From an uncultured virus (IMG/VR IMGVR_UViG_3300035698_002590) (taxonomy: Duplodnaviria; Heunggongvirae; Uroviricota; Caudoviricetes): a stretch of 64,000 nt of DNA. A program made the translations under genes and the position numbers. This document shows, in pieces, positions 18,733 to 29,100 of this stretch. The stretch lies in the IMG/VR virus record IMGVR_UViG_3300035698_002590. One strand, written 5' to 3'. The notes under the pieces were generated by a model. That model made no database searches, had not been told where the DNA came from, and was given only the letters and a program-made list of their open reading frames with translations. How positions within the stretch are numbered: the stretch's first letter is position 1; every line of letters starts with the position of its first letter.

Positions 18733-19510
18733 ACAGTTTCTCCAAATAACTCTTGCACATAATATGTAAATCGTGATTTTTAACACAAATCTTCTTTTTA
18801 CGATCGGCATTGGTGTATTCGATCCACCATGTATTGTTAATGTTGCTAACTTCTACTTCAGTATCTACATTTAACAACGGCCAAGGAAGTTCGCACTGTT
18901 GAGGATGCACGTTGCCGTTGCATAATAGTAATGCAATACTTAATGCATAATCATTGCGATACTGTCTGCTACTAAAACCAAACAAATTTGCATAATGCGT
19001 GTAGTTTTGTTCTACCATTTTCCAAACATCAAACACATCTTGAGTAAAATTACTACTACGATCAAAAATAACAACAGTGGCCCACCACATGTGTGTATTT
19101 TTTGTACCAAATGTTTGTAGTCTCGGCGCTGGAACATGTACGCTATGCACATGTCTGTGACATAAAAAAGGCTGTGAGCTTTCTAGGAAAGGCAACAAAT
19201 TACTGCTATTAAGCATGTAATCTGCATCAACTAACAATGTTCGATCATATGGCGACAAATCAAGTGCAGCGTTTCTTCCAAAATTAAACCAGGTAGTTGC
19301 AGCTTGTCTGTCATTAAAAAATCGTCTGTTGGTATCCTTGCCGCGATCAACTATTAGTTGACTGTCAAACATATCTGTGTCAACGGATTTGTCAGTGACC
19401 AGAGTTACAGGAATATCAAGATATTCCTTTATTCGTCTAGCGCACTCGATTGCAAGTTTGGTGTATTGTATCTCGCTGTCAAATGCAAAAAGTAAGGCGC
19501 CAGTGGTCAT
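18722..19510 (-). CDS. GT-A nucleotide-diphospho-sugar transferase-like protein
   Basis: GALLFA, VTLVTD, SPYDRTLLVDADY (DxD), RNDYALSIA; paralog of the adjacent gene. Confidence 0.75.
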   Translation of the reverse strand: MTTGALLFAFDSEIQYTKLAIECARRIKEYLDIPVTLVTDKSVDTDMFDSQLIVDRGKDTNRRFFNDRQAATTWFNFGRNAALDLSPYDRTLLVDADYMLNSSNLLPFLESSQPFLCHRHVHSVHVPAPRLQTFGTKNTHMWWATVVIFDRSSNFTQDVFDVWKMVEQNYTHYANLFGFSSRQYRNDYALSIALLLCNGNVHPQQCELPWPLLNVDTEVEVSNINNTWWIEYTNADRKKKICVKNHDLHIMCKSYLEKLYAV

Positions 19511-19827
19511 CTTTGGTTGGAAATTTCGTTGTATTCAGCTTGCCAGGCGTTCATTTGCTCTTGCCACCGTTGAATTGCTAACTGTTTAAGTTCAAGTGGG
19601 TCTACACTCACTGGCGTGTTGTAGTAATCCTCGAGCACCACACGCGAATCCTTGCAACACTCACACAGCACAATTAAGTCTGGCGATGCTTTCCACATGC
19701 CGTTGCTGTGAGCAAAAAGCATTTTGGCTTGATAGGTTTCGCGCAACACAAGTCTTGCTTGTTGATGATCGAATCTAGTTTTAATGTTTTGGGAGAGTTG
19801 GTCTGTTTGCATGCTAGTAGTTAGCAT
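19507..19827 (-). CDS. Hypothetical protein (possible tail-fibre assembly-associated)
   Basis: ORF between the structural and glycosyltransferase genes with stop/start overlap. Confidence 0.7.
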   Translation of the reverse strand: MLTTSMQTDQLSQNIKTRFDHQQARLVLRETYQAKMLFAHSNGMWKASPDLIVLCECCKDSRVVLEDYYNTPVSVDPLELKQLAIQRWQEQMNAWQAEYNEISNQR

Positions 19828-19858
19828 GCAAACTATGACCTGATTAAATTTTTAAATA

Positions 19859-20782
19859 TTAAGTTAGCGTCCAGGTTGCAGAGTTCTGTGTTGGGGTTCC
19901 CCAGGTGTCTGCAATATAGGTAGTAGACGGTGCGCGAAGTGTTGTATCCATAGTAAGTGTTCCGTCAATACTATCCAAACCACCGGGTACGCCTGGACCA
20001 CTAACATCAGCTAGCGATACTGTAATTGTAATAACTGCTCCACTAATTGATGCATCAATTTTAGTGTAGTTTGACGTGTAAGTGTATGTAGTAGCAAATT
20101 GCTTGTAAAGTTCTTGGTTGGATCCAGTAAGATTATATACACCTATGCCTTCAGCTAATACAGTTGGAGTACCGGTGCCGCCAATTCTAGTAGTACCATA
20201 ATAAAGTGTACCTGCAATAGTTTTTTGCGGACCCGGATCGCCAGCTCCTGTTAACACAATTGTACCAGCCTGAGTTAATAAGTTAGTCCAGGAAGTGTTT
20301 TGATCACTTGCTGTTCCGCCTGAGCGAGAAAAGCCCATTCTAATCATGCCGCCGGCATTAAAGAAATAACGCAGTTGGTCGGCACTTGCAAATGTAATAG
20401 TTTTAGTTGTTGTTGCGGTTGCTGTCCAAGCAGTAGTTGTTGTAGTAGATACTGTAGTGTCAGCGCCGCTGGCAGCGGCATTGTTATTTCTAATAGCATC
20501 AACGTTTGTGCTTAGTGCAGCATATGCTGAAATTGTAGATCCTGCTGTTGGGTTTGTTATCGTCGAAATTGAAGTTCCGCTATGCGATGCGGCACTTGCT
20601 ATTCTTGTTAGCAAAGTTGCCCACTGTGTTGCTGTTACTGTGAATCCTTGGGTTACGTATCCTACTGTATTAGTTTGACCGTATCCGCTTTCGTCGGCCC
20701 CAGTTCCCCATACTGCATCAGTATCCACTGCAAATGCGTTGTAGTCAGCATCGTCAATTACTGATCCTGTGGTGTATGTCAT
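19859..20782 (-). CDS. Virion structural protein (Thr/Gly/Ala-rich, tail/baseplate)
   Basis: MTY..G..I...DYN, GYGQ, W..L..RI, RYFFNAGG.I; located in the tail module. Confidence 0.75.
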   Translation of the reverse strand: MTYTTGSVIDDADYNAFAVDTDAVWGTGADESGYGQTNTVGYVTQGFTVTATQWATLLTRIASAASHSGTSISTITNPTAGSTISAYAALSTNVDAIRNNNAAASGADTTVSTTTTTAWTATATTTKTITFASADQLRYFFNAGGMIRMGFSRSGGTASDQNTSWTNLLTQAGTIVLTGAGDPGPQKTIAGTLYYGTTRIGGTGTPTVLAEGIGVYNLTGSNQELYKQFATTYTYTSNYTKIDASISGAVITITVSLADVSGPGVPGGLDSIDGTLTMDTTLRAPSTTYIADTWGTPTQNSATWTLT

Positions 20783-20946
20783 TTTTAATTCCCTTTGTAT
20801 TAGTAGACTTCTACGGCTATATATTGTGGCGTCCTGCAGTTGCAGTAAAGAATGTTATAGTAATTCTTTTTAGTATTTGTACCACGTCACTTGATAAATT
20901 AATATAGCTGGGTTATGGGTCTTTCTATTATGATGTATTTAGTATA

Positions 20947-20980
20947 TTTAACTTAACTTAACTTAATTTAATTTAACTTA
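20947..20980. repeat. Short AT-rich pentamer tandem (TTAAC/TTAAT) at the gene junction
   Basis: ttta acttaactta acttaattta atttaactta. Confidence 0.6.
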
Positions 20981-22397
20981 TCTTAACAATTGCTTCTACA
21001 GTGCCGAGGCCCTCGGATGTTTTATCCGCTAGCGCACGTCCAATCACATTAAAAGCTGTTACTTCCGTCAAAGTTGCTGCTCTAGCTGCGCCATTTCCTG
21101 CACTTACTAGTCTATCGCCTTTGGTTACAAAACCCATTGTCATAACTGGAACACGTCCGGTCATAGCAATTGCTGGGTGTGTGTCGTTGTTGCCAGAGCC
21201 TGCGTTCATAGTGTAAGCTGGCTGAGTTGATACTACGCCAAACACGCCTGGTGAAAGATCATCTACACAAATTGTGATTTCTTCACTGCCGCCAAGCTCA
21301 ACAACTGTACCCGGAGCATATATTGCATCTGATGCAAACCGCTCCGCCAAGTCAGCATATTCTGCAGACGTTGCTTTAGCAAATACGGTGTTAAAAGATA
21401 GGGCTGACGAACCAATATTACCAACACCGTCGGCATTGCCATTTATTATACTGCCAACTGTTACTGAGCCTGTTGAAACCATACTGCCAGCTGTTACTGA
21501 GCCTGTTGAAACCAAGCTAGTGTTAACAGTAACAATTGAAGTAGCGCCATCAATTGTTAGCGCAGTAGTTTGGGAGCCGCCGTCGTTTACCCGAACTATG
21601 ATATCACCGTCTTGTGTTTGGTTTTGCAGGTATACGTCTGTGCCGGTAACACTGAGTCGACCATCGTTGTCGCCACCAAAGTAAATACCAGTATCATTTA
21701 ATACACTTAATGTTCCAGTTGTACTAGTAGCTGCGTCTGACCGCATAAACTGAGACGCTGTGAGTCCTTCTAGTCCGTCACTGTCACTTGCTGTACCTTT
21801 AAATGTTGCACCAGATACCGCGGTACTCATGTTTAGACCTGGACTAATTGTAGCAAATCCTGAAAGTGCCGCAGCCGGAGTAAAAGTTGCGTCTTTTGAC
21901 CAAATACCAACAATAACGTTGTTTACGTACATTAACACAACAACGTGATCAGAACCAGGTGCACTGTCAGTGATTGTATCGACAATAGCCCCCGAAGTTC
22001 CTTCGCCACTAGTAAACGCCGGTCCAATGGTTACAAAAGCACTACCGCTGTATACTTTAAGTTGGTCATTTGTAGTATCAAACCAAAGGTCGCCTGCAAC
22101 GTTACTAGTTGGTGTGGTACTAGACGATATTGCTCCCGAAAGTGATTTAAACAACGTGCCGTTGTATACTTTAATAATGTTATTGGTTTGATCGTACCAC
22201 AATTGTCCTTGCAAGGGCGCACCCGGTGCAGTTGGGTTGGAATAATTTTCCAATAAGTGAACAAAGTTCTCTCCCAGGAACTCGCCATATCCTGCGTAGT
22301 TTTTACCTACAATAGTCTGACTTGAATCTGTGTTAATAGTACCATCTGCAACTACTGCAAAGATTGTACCATCTGTCTTGTTAATGGTATACGACAT
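20973..22397 (-). CDS. Tail fibre/structural protein with C-terminal chaperone (peptidase G2/IMC-like) domain
   Basis: N-terminal YTINKTDG...GKNYAGYGE..ENF..LLEN, repeated GQLWYD/GDLWFD, C-terminal YADLAERF.SDA.Y.PGTVV..GG..EIT...GRVPV. Confidence 0.8.
   Translation of the reverse strand: MSYTINKTDGTIFAVVADGTINTDSSQTIVGKNYAGYGEFLGENFVHLLENYSNPTAPGAPLQGQLWYDQTNNIIKVYNGTLFKSLSGAISSSTTPTSNVAGDLWFDTTNDQLKVYSGSAFVTIGPAFTSGEGTSGAIVDTITDSAPGSDHVVVLMYVNNVIVGIWSKDATFTPAAALSGFATISPGLNMSTAVSGATFKGTASDSDGLEGLTASQFMRSDAATSTTGTLSVLNDTGIYFGGDNDGRLSVTGTDVYLQNQTQDGDIIVRVNDGGSQTTALTIDGATSIVTVNTSLVSTGSVTAGSMVSTGSVTVGSIINGNADGVGNIGSSALSFNTVFAKATSAEYADLAERFASDAIYAPGTVVELGGSEEITICVDDLSPGVFGVVSTQPAYTMNAGSGNNDTHPAIAMTGRVPVMTMGFVTKGDRLVSAGNGAARAATLTEVTAFNVIGRALADKTSEGLGTVEAIVKIS
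21448..21513. repeat. 33-bp in-frame tandem duplication (2 copies, 1 mismatch)
   Basis: atactgcca(a/g)ctgttactgagcctgttgaaacc x2; encodes VSTGSVTAGSM/VSTGSVTVGSI. Confidence 0.9.
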
Positions 22398-22422
22398 CTG
22401 TTTATTACTCCGTTTTCAAATG

Positions 22423-22430
22423 TATTTATA
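22423..22430 (-). promoter_or_regulatory. T4-type late promoter TATAAATA
   Basis: Exact T4 late consensus 26 bp upstream of the 22397 start; gp55-like sigma encoded in the window. Confidence 0.7.
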
Positions 22431-22450
22431 TCTTTTTAATCTATGTATAT

Positions 22451-23116
22451 TTATGTTGCACTAAGATTTGTTAAAGTCTGGATGCGCACTGTGTAATCAA
22501 TTTGAATTTGTCTATTCAATGATTTTTGAACAGGGTGAAAAATAACGTGTGTTATTAATCTCAAATTAGTTGCACTGCCATTCCAAACTTTAAGCCCAAG
22601 CTCGTCGAACACATAGTCGCCATTAAAATCTGTCGAGTTGTCAAATGCCTGCTGTCCGCTGGGCTCGCCATAATCTAATAGACAACTGACTAAGATGTCT
22701 GTATACACTTTACCGGTGGTATGCGTGACCGTTAATTTATTACGACTAGTGTCGGTGTTTGCTGCACTGTTATTATCAACAACTTTTGCATAAGTTGGAT
22801 TATACAGATTAGCGTTTTGGCCTGTGGTATTAGGTGGCAAATATGTAATAACACCTGTTGGGTCTACACTACTACCACCGTTGCCAAAGGCCATGTTATA
22901 TATTTGCCCAATGTTTTTATTTGCAAGGCTATTTGCAAGCGCATCACTCATATTTTCATAATGAATTGCATTGCGTTTATCTACAATTACTTCATTGGTA
23001 TTTGGATCAAAAATCTTGATGTGACCACTAATAGCAATCTGTCCATTTTCGTTTGGCGCAACTTCTTTATCTGTTTCCATTGACATCTCGTTAACGTTAT
23101 CGTTTTTTACTTCCAT
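22451..23116 (-). CDS. Virion structural (baseplate) protein
   Basis: GHIKIFD...NAIHYEN, FGNGG, LDYGEP, FDELGL, THVIFHPVQKSLNR.IQIDYTVR. Confidence 0.75.
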   Translation of the reverse strand: MEVKNDNVNEMSMETDKEVAPNENGQIAISGHIKIFDPNTNEVIVDKRNAIHYENMSDALANSLANKNIGQIYNMAFGNGGSSVDPTGVITYLPPNTTGQNANLYNPTYAKVVDNNSAANTDTSRNKLTVTHTTGKVYTDILVSCLLDYGEPSGQQAFDNSTDFNGDYVFDELGLKVWNGSATNLRLITHVIFHPVQKSLNRQIQIDYTVRIQTLTNLSAT

Positions 23117-23135
23117 GCTGTATTTACCTATCTAG

Positions 23136-26100
23136 TTAACCTTGGTCTTTAAGAAACAGCGCAGCCGCAGTTGTTTGATCTTGCAGGGCAATCCCATTAC
23201 TTGCTGTTCCGTTTCCTTGTGCATACATTACTTTACCAGTGACTATTGAAATATCAATTTCGACACCATCACCTGGTGCAGTTGTAAGCGTGATTTCAAC
23301 TTGTGTTGCGTCGACTTCGGTTACTGTAAAATCAGTAGTAGGAATCAATACTGTACCACCGACACTAACCCTAACTGCTTCGTCGAGCTCTGTGCTGTCA
23401 ACTACTGTTGGCACAACAATGTTAGATCCAATGAATGTAGTAGTCGATCCATCTCCGATATTAGTAGTGTCAGATGTAGTTACTTGCTGGTATGCACTTG
23501 GTACTTGTTGTGCCATGCCAACATCACTGACTGAAACTCCACTAACATGTGCAAAGGCACCAGTTCCGGCTACTCCTCTGCGCAATCCGCTAACGGTGTT
23601 GTTTTCTAAACTACGTGTTCTGTATGTAATACGCTCTGCTCCGACCATCATTTGTCCAAAGATATTTGACGCCAATGCAGGTGCAGACAACTTGCTTGCA
23701 TCTTTTACATAAACAGTGTCTGCTGTTTGTGTTAAGTCTGCAACTAACTCTGTTGTATTACTGTTGTTTAGTTTGAGTATTTTTTGACTGTTTAACATAT
23801 CCTGGAAGATACGGAAGTTTAGGCTATCTGGAATAACATTCATTGTAAACATAGTTACTATTAGAACGTCATTGGCACCAAGTATACCACCATCAACTGT
23901 TAGTATGCTAAATCCATCTGAGCCAGTGGTTAAATTAAACTCTCCGCCGATATGTAAGTGCCCACCGTTTAGTGTTACTACCATTCTGTCTGGGTTAGTC
24001 ACAAGCCTGCCAAGTGCAAAATTGTTAGTTTGGATAACAATGCCTACTGTATAATCATATGGATCATCATCATAATCACTTTCATCAAACGCAATGCCAG
24101 TGGTTGTGCCTTCACTAGTCGGTCCTTGGAACACTTTAGTGATTATATTTTGTTGTGCAGTATCATTATATGTGTGTACGTTGAATTGTGTATTAGGTAT
24201 AGCAGTAACACGCAACAACAAATCATTTGTGTTTACTATTGTATAATCAGCTTCAGTTGTTACTGCAATTAAAATTTCTGCACCGTTTGCTGGCTGAGAT
24301 GATGAATTAAACTCAACATACCTGTCGCTACTGCCATCAAATTCACTGAGTGTCCAATCAACTGCTAGATTCTTTTGTACATTATCAACATATACAAGCA
24401 CATCGTTGTCTGCAATCAAGTCTTGATTTGTTTTACCTGTTGTGCTCAAATAGTAAGGACCTAAACTTGACCCATCGCTAGTATATTCAATACCTTCTGG
24501 TGCTCGTAGACGTAACCCATTGCGTTCGACTATCATGTTAACAATGTTTGTGCCTTGTAAACTGTTTGTTAGTGCATATTGCGAAGTACTGCCGTCATGT
24601 GTGAAACGTTGTATTTGAGGTGTACTCCAACTTAGTTGCGTTGGTGTTGTTACACCAAGTGCAGTAATTGTTACCCAATCAGTTGCAGTAGGTTGTATAT
24701 CAAACGTTACATTTGTTGCAAAGTTTCCGGATGCTGCGTAAGTGTATGTTGTAATAAGTTCGCCGTTAACAAACACAACCAATTCAGCAATTTCTGTGTA
24801 TGCTACATTAATAAGCTGTGTTGCATTAGTAATAGCACTACCAACAAAACTTTCTTTGTAAAGTTGCGAGCCGCCACCCAATCCCCAAACTTCAACATTA
24901 AACGTATCGCCAATGGCTCCGTTATTGATTGTATTGATTGTAATTACTTTAGTAATCCAGTTTACAGCATAATCACCTTCTGGAATGTTTTGCCTGGTCG
25001 TCTCGTTGATAACGTCAACACCAACAGGGTAATTCATAAGAGCTGCAAAGCTAACAGTTGTTCCAACTCCTGCGTATTCAACGCTGACATTATTAATAGC
25101 AAATCCGTTACCATCGGTCAGCCAATCGCTACCTGGACGAGTGTAAACTTTAAGATCCAGTGTGTCAAATTCACTACCCGGAACTAACTCTTCTGGTGCA
25201 TGTGAACTATATGTGTCAATAAACTCTCCGCCTTCAACATTAATGTCAGTTGGACGAATACCTAAGTAAGAGTCAAGGAATGTGCTTTCGTATATAGCAT
25301 CAAGAATGCCTGGATCGTATGTTGGCTGGCCTTCTGGGCCAAAGTCAATGTTGTCAAACGGGTTAATATCAAAATTGCCCACGTCATACCCGGTATTTTG
25401 TGAAAAATCTGGACCTTCTACTTGCACACCAGGGTAATTAATACCCAACATTAGTTGTGCTAGTTCGCGGCCGGGTTCGGTTGGTGTTGGCGTATACATA
25501 CCAATTGTTCTGTCAGCACCATCTAGCGTACTTGGATCAACTACTGTGTAGTTTTCAGGATCAAAGATTGTTTCACTAGTAAAGTCTGTAATTACTTGAT
25601 AAACTTGTGGCTTGACTGCATTAACTTTTCCAACAGTTGGCACAGGATAGCGCACAAGCTCAGTTGCAGTGTACACTGTGTTTGGTGCCCAATCGAGTAC
25701 TTGACTAGTATATGTAATTCTGTTGTACTTAATTGTTGTTGTGAAATCTCGAATTACGCCAGTTGCAAGAACTGCGATTGCAGTTGCGCCAACGCCGTTG
25801 CCGCCCGAAATTGTAATAACTGGAGTAGTTGTATACCCACTTCCGGTTGTGAGTACATCTACACTAATAACTTCACCGGCACTATTAACTTTTGCTTCCA
25901 TTGTTGCTTGTGTAGTAGCATCGCCTGTTACAATAACTTGTGGAGGAACAGTATAACCTGTGCCACCGTTTAGTACAGTAACACTGTTTAGTTCTAGCAA
26001 ATAATTATTAAACCATTGACTGTAAGGCCATGTTCCCCAAATTGGATCAGTGCTCGGAAAGCTACTCAATGAACTTGGGTTGTCTGTGTTGTTATCCAGT

Positions 26101-29100
26101 ATAGGCGATATAAACTTGCCTCTGAGAGCATCGTAGTATGCCGGTACATCAAAGTCTGTGTCGTTGCCTAAGTAGTTGTCAAGCCCTTCATAACGTAAAC
26201 TAAACTCACGAATTTGAACATGATACGGCTTAACTTCTTTAATATAGTCACTAACAAAATCCTGGTTATCCCGTCTGTAGATTGGATACGGAACCAAGTC
26301 ACGAATTTTATGAGTAACATCAATTAAGCTGGTTTTAAACAACCAGTCTGGGGCTGTTTGTTCTGACATAATAAATTCAAATGCCTGCACTAGCAGTTGG
26401 TTGCGATAAATCTCTAAGTCTGTTGTAAAGATTTCTTGGTTTAATGCTTTGAGGATTTGGCGTGTCTCAATTGTTGGTGCCTGGTCAAATAGTTGCGCAT
26501 CAAACACTTCAGTGTCAAATCCAAAACGTCCAATTGCATAGTCCCAGATGGTATTACTAATTGCAACTGTACCGTCTGTGAGCTGTACACGCACCCATTC
26601 AGCACTAGTTGCATTCCATTGATATATTTCACTTTTACCGAAGCTATTTGCAGTAACTTTAACTGTGTCGCCGTTTGATGGTGTCAGTGCAAGTAAGTCG
26701 CTGTAAAGAGGAACTTCAACTGCTGGTCTAGTTGAAACATCATATCCTGTCGCTGACCAGTTAACATAGTTCCAGTAAAGTTTTGTATCATAGTTCTGAA
26801 CTCTATTCAGCAATAGTGTTTTATTTGCCTCAACTATATAGATAGTCCATAAGCCTTGTTGAGTAGCATCGCTTGCCACAAGGTACTTGTAGCCAACTGG
26901 AACTTGGCGCAGATCCTGGTATGTTAGTTCTGCATAAGTTGCAACACGTTTGTTCCATGCACCGCTAACACTAGTTGGTTCTGGATCTTCGCTGTTGAGT
27001 AAATCAAATTTCTTGCTTTCACTTAGTGGATATAGAGCCATGATTTTATTTGCACGAGTTAAGTAGTTTTCAAGTGCAAGGAATCTATCTACAAATAAAC
27101 TCTGTCTTGGACGGAAGCTAACTCCATACTTGTCTGCTATACCCAAAGTTGCATCAGGCACTAGATTCCCCAAAGTGTCTTCGCCACAATAGCTGTCGAG
27201 CATCTTTCTATAAAGTCCTGCTCCTAAGAAACTGTTAGCATTATTGACAGTAATTAGATCATATTCAGCGTGAACATTATCGTTATTTTCAATTTTATCA
27301 AACTCAATATGCAAAATTGTGTCAGTAGCACTTATTAATTCACGACAATTGTATAATGCCATTGTGTTTGGTGCAATTGCAGCAATATAATTAATACCAC
27401 TGCTGCGCGGATTTTCAATATACTGAGCAACACCTTGTGCACTTAATGTTTTGCCTGTGCTGACACTAGTAATGTTCTTAACCCAATAGTAATAATAAGT
27501 TACAAAAGTGCCTGCACTATCAAGTACACTAGTTATAGTAAAACTTGTAATATTGTAAACTGTACCTGGGCCAGTGTATTCAGCCGGTGGAACACTGCTT
27601 TCAGTCCATTGATAAACATCTACAACCGAACCTTCAAATAGTTGTCCCCAACGACGGGCTTTGTACTCGATTGTATCTTGATGGTAATCAATGAATCTAA
27701 CTGTTGATAGATCCCACCACATTTCGCCAAGGTGATCGCTGTTCCACTGGCTACCAAAGTTGTTTACTGTGCCGGCGTTATACGCTGCTGGGTCAATTCC
27801 GCCAGTAAAGTCGATGTTTGCTTGTGCTGCTCCAAGTATTTTTCCTTGTAGCGGATCAATGAAGTCTAGGTAGTTAGTAACAGCGTTATCAATTTTGTTA
27901 TACGTAAATACACTGTTTAATAGTGCTGCATTAACAATTGGTTCTTGTATATAGACTATTTTCCACGCTAGTTGTTTATTAGCGTTAGTAAATTGAGAAA
28001 TGCGTCCAAAATTAGCTATTGCGCTATCACCAAGATCATCATTTGGTGCGCCAACTAGCAATATACCATCATGATAATTAACTGCTGCGCCAAAGTTGTC
28101 AAAGCTGGTAATAGTAGTGTCGTAAATTTGTTGTCCAAATACAAACAAGCCAGGATTTGTAATACTTGCATTAGCTGCATTCAAGAAGTCGTATGTATAC
28201 ACAACACCTGATTCAGTCACTGCATCTAGGAATGATGTACTGTTTGAATCAAAGTAAGTAGTTGCAGCATCGAATGTTGTTGGCAAAAATGCAGTTGCAT
28301 CCGGTGCGCCAACAACTAGTGTTGCTGCTGTATCACTAATGCTCAAACTGGTACCAAAATGCCCATATCCTTGTGCAACCGGAGATGTAATTGTTTGCGC
28401 ATAGACCATTGGTGCAAGTCCAAGATCAGTATATGCTGTTCCGGTGCCAGGCAGTACTTGTAGTTTAATAAACGCATCGCCAGCAGCTACATTCTGCAAG
28501 GTAAGTTGTAGTTTGTTAGCATTATTAATTGCAACTACGTTAGGAATATTAGCATTGTTAATATCGCTCACTAGAGTGGCAACTGTTGTGCCTGTTAGTG
28601 CAACATAATAGTTGTTGATACGAATGCTATTGCCTATTGATAGCGCTGGATTAGCAACTGTTCCAGTTATATTGCCAAACAATCTACTTTGGTTTGCCCA
28701 ACGATCAACACTGCCGCCTTCTGGCACAATTGCACTGTCGTTTGGCATGCCGATGTATAAACTGCAATTTGTTGGGCAGTTTTCGACTACATTACCAAAA
28801 TTGTAAGCAGCGCCAGGTGCAGTCGATTGTATGCTTTGCATTAATCTAAACGTGTTAGTTTCAATTTCAATAATATCACCAACATTTAGTGTTACAGGAT
28901 TAACAGTAGTACCAATTGTAACAACACTGCCAGCAACACTAAACTGTGGATTGTTAAAGTTGTTAGTCGGGATCAAATAGTTGCCATTGACAGTAACACT
29001 TACTGGTCCATTTGGTGCATCTGTTACTGTGTAGGCGACCACTGCTGAGTCAGTAACTTGGAACCGTTCAACACTTCTGTCAATGATATGAACTGTTCCT

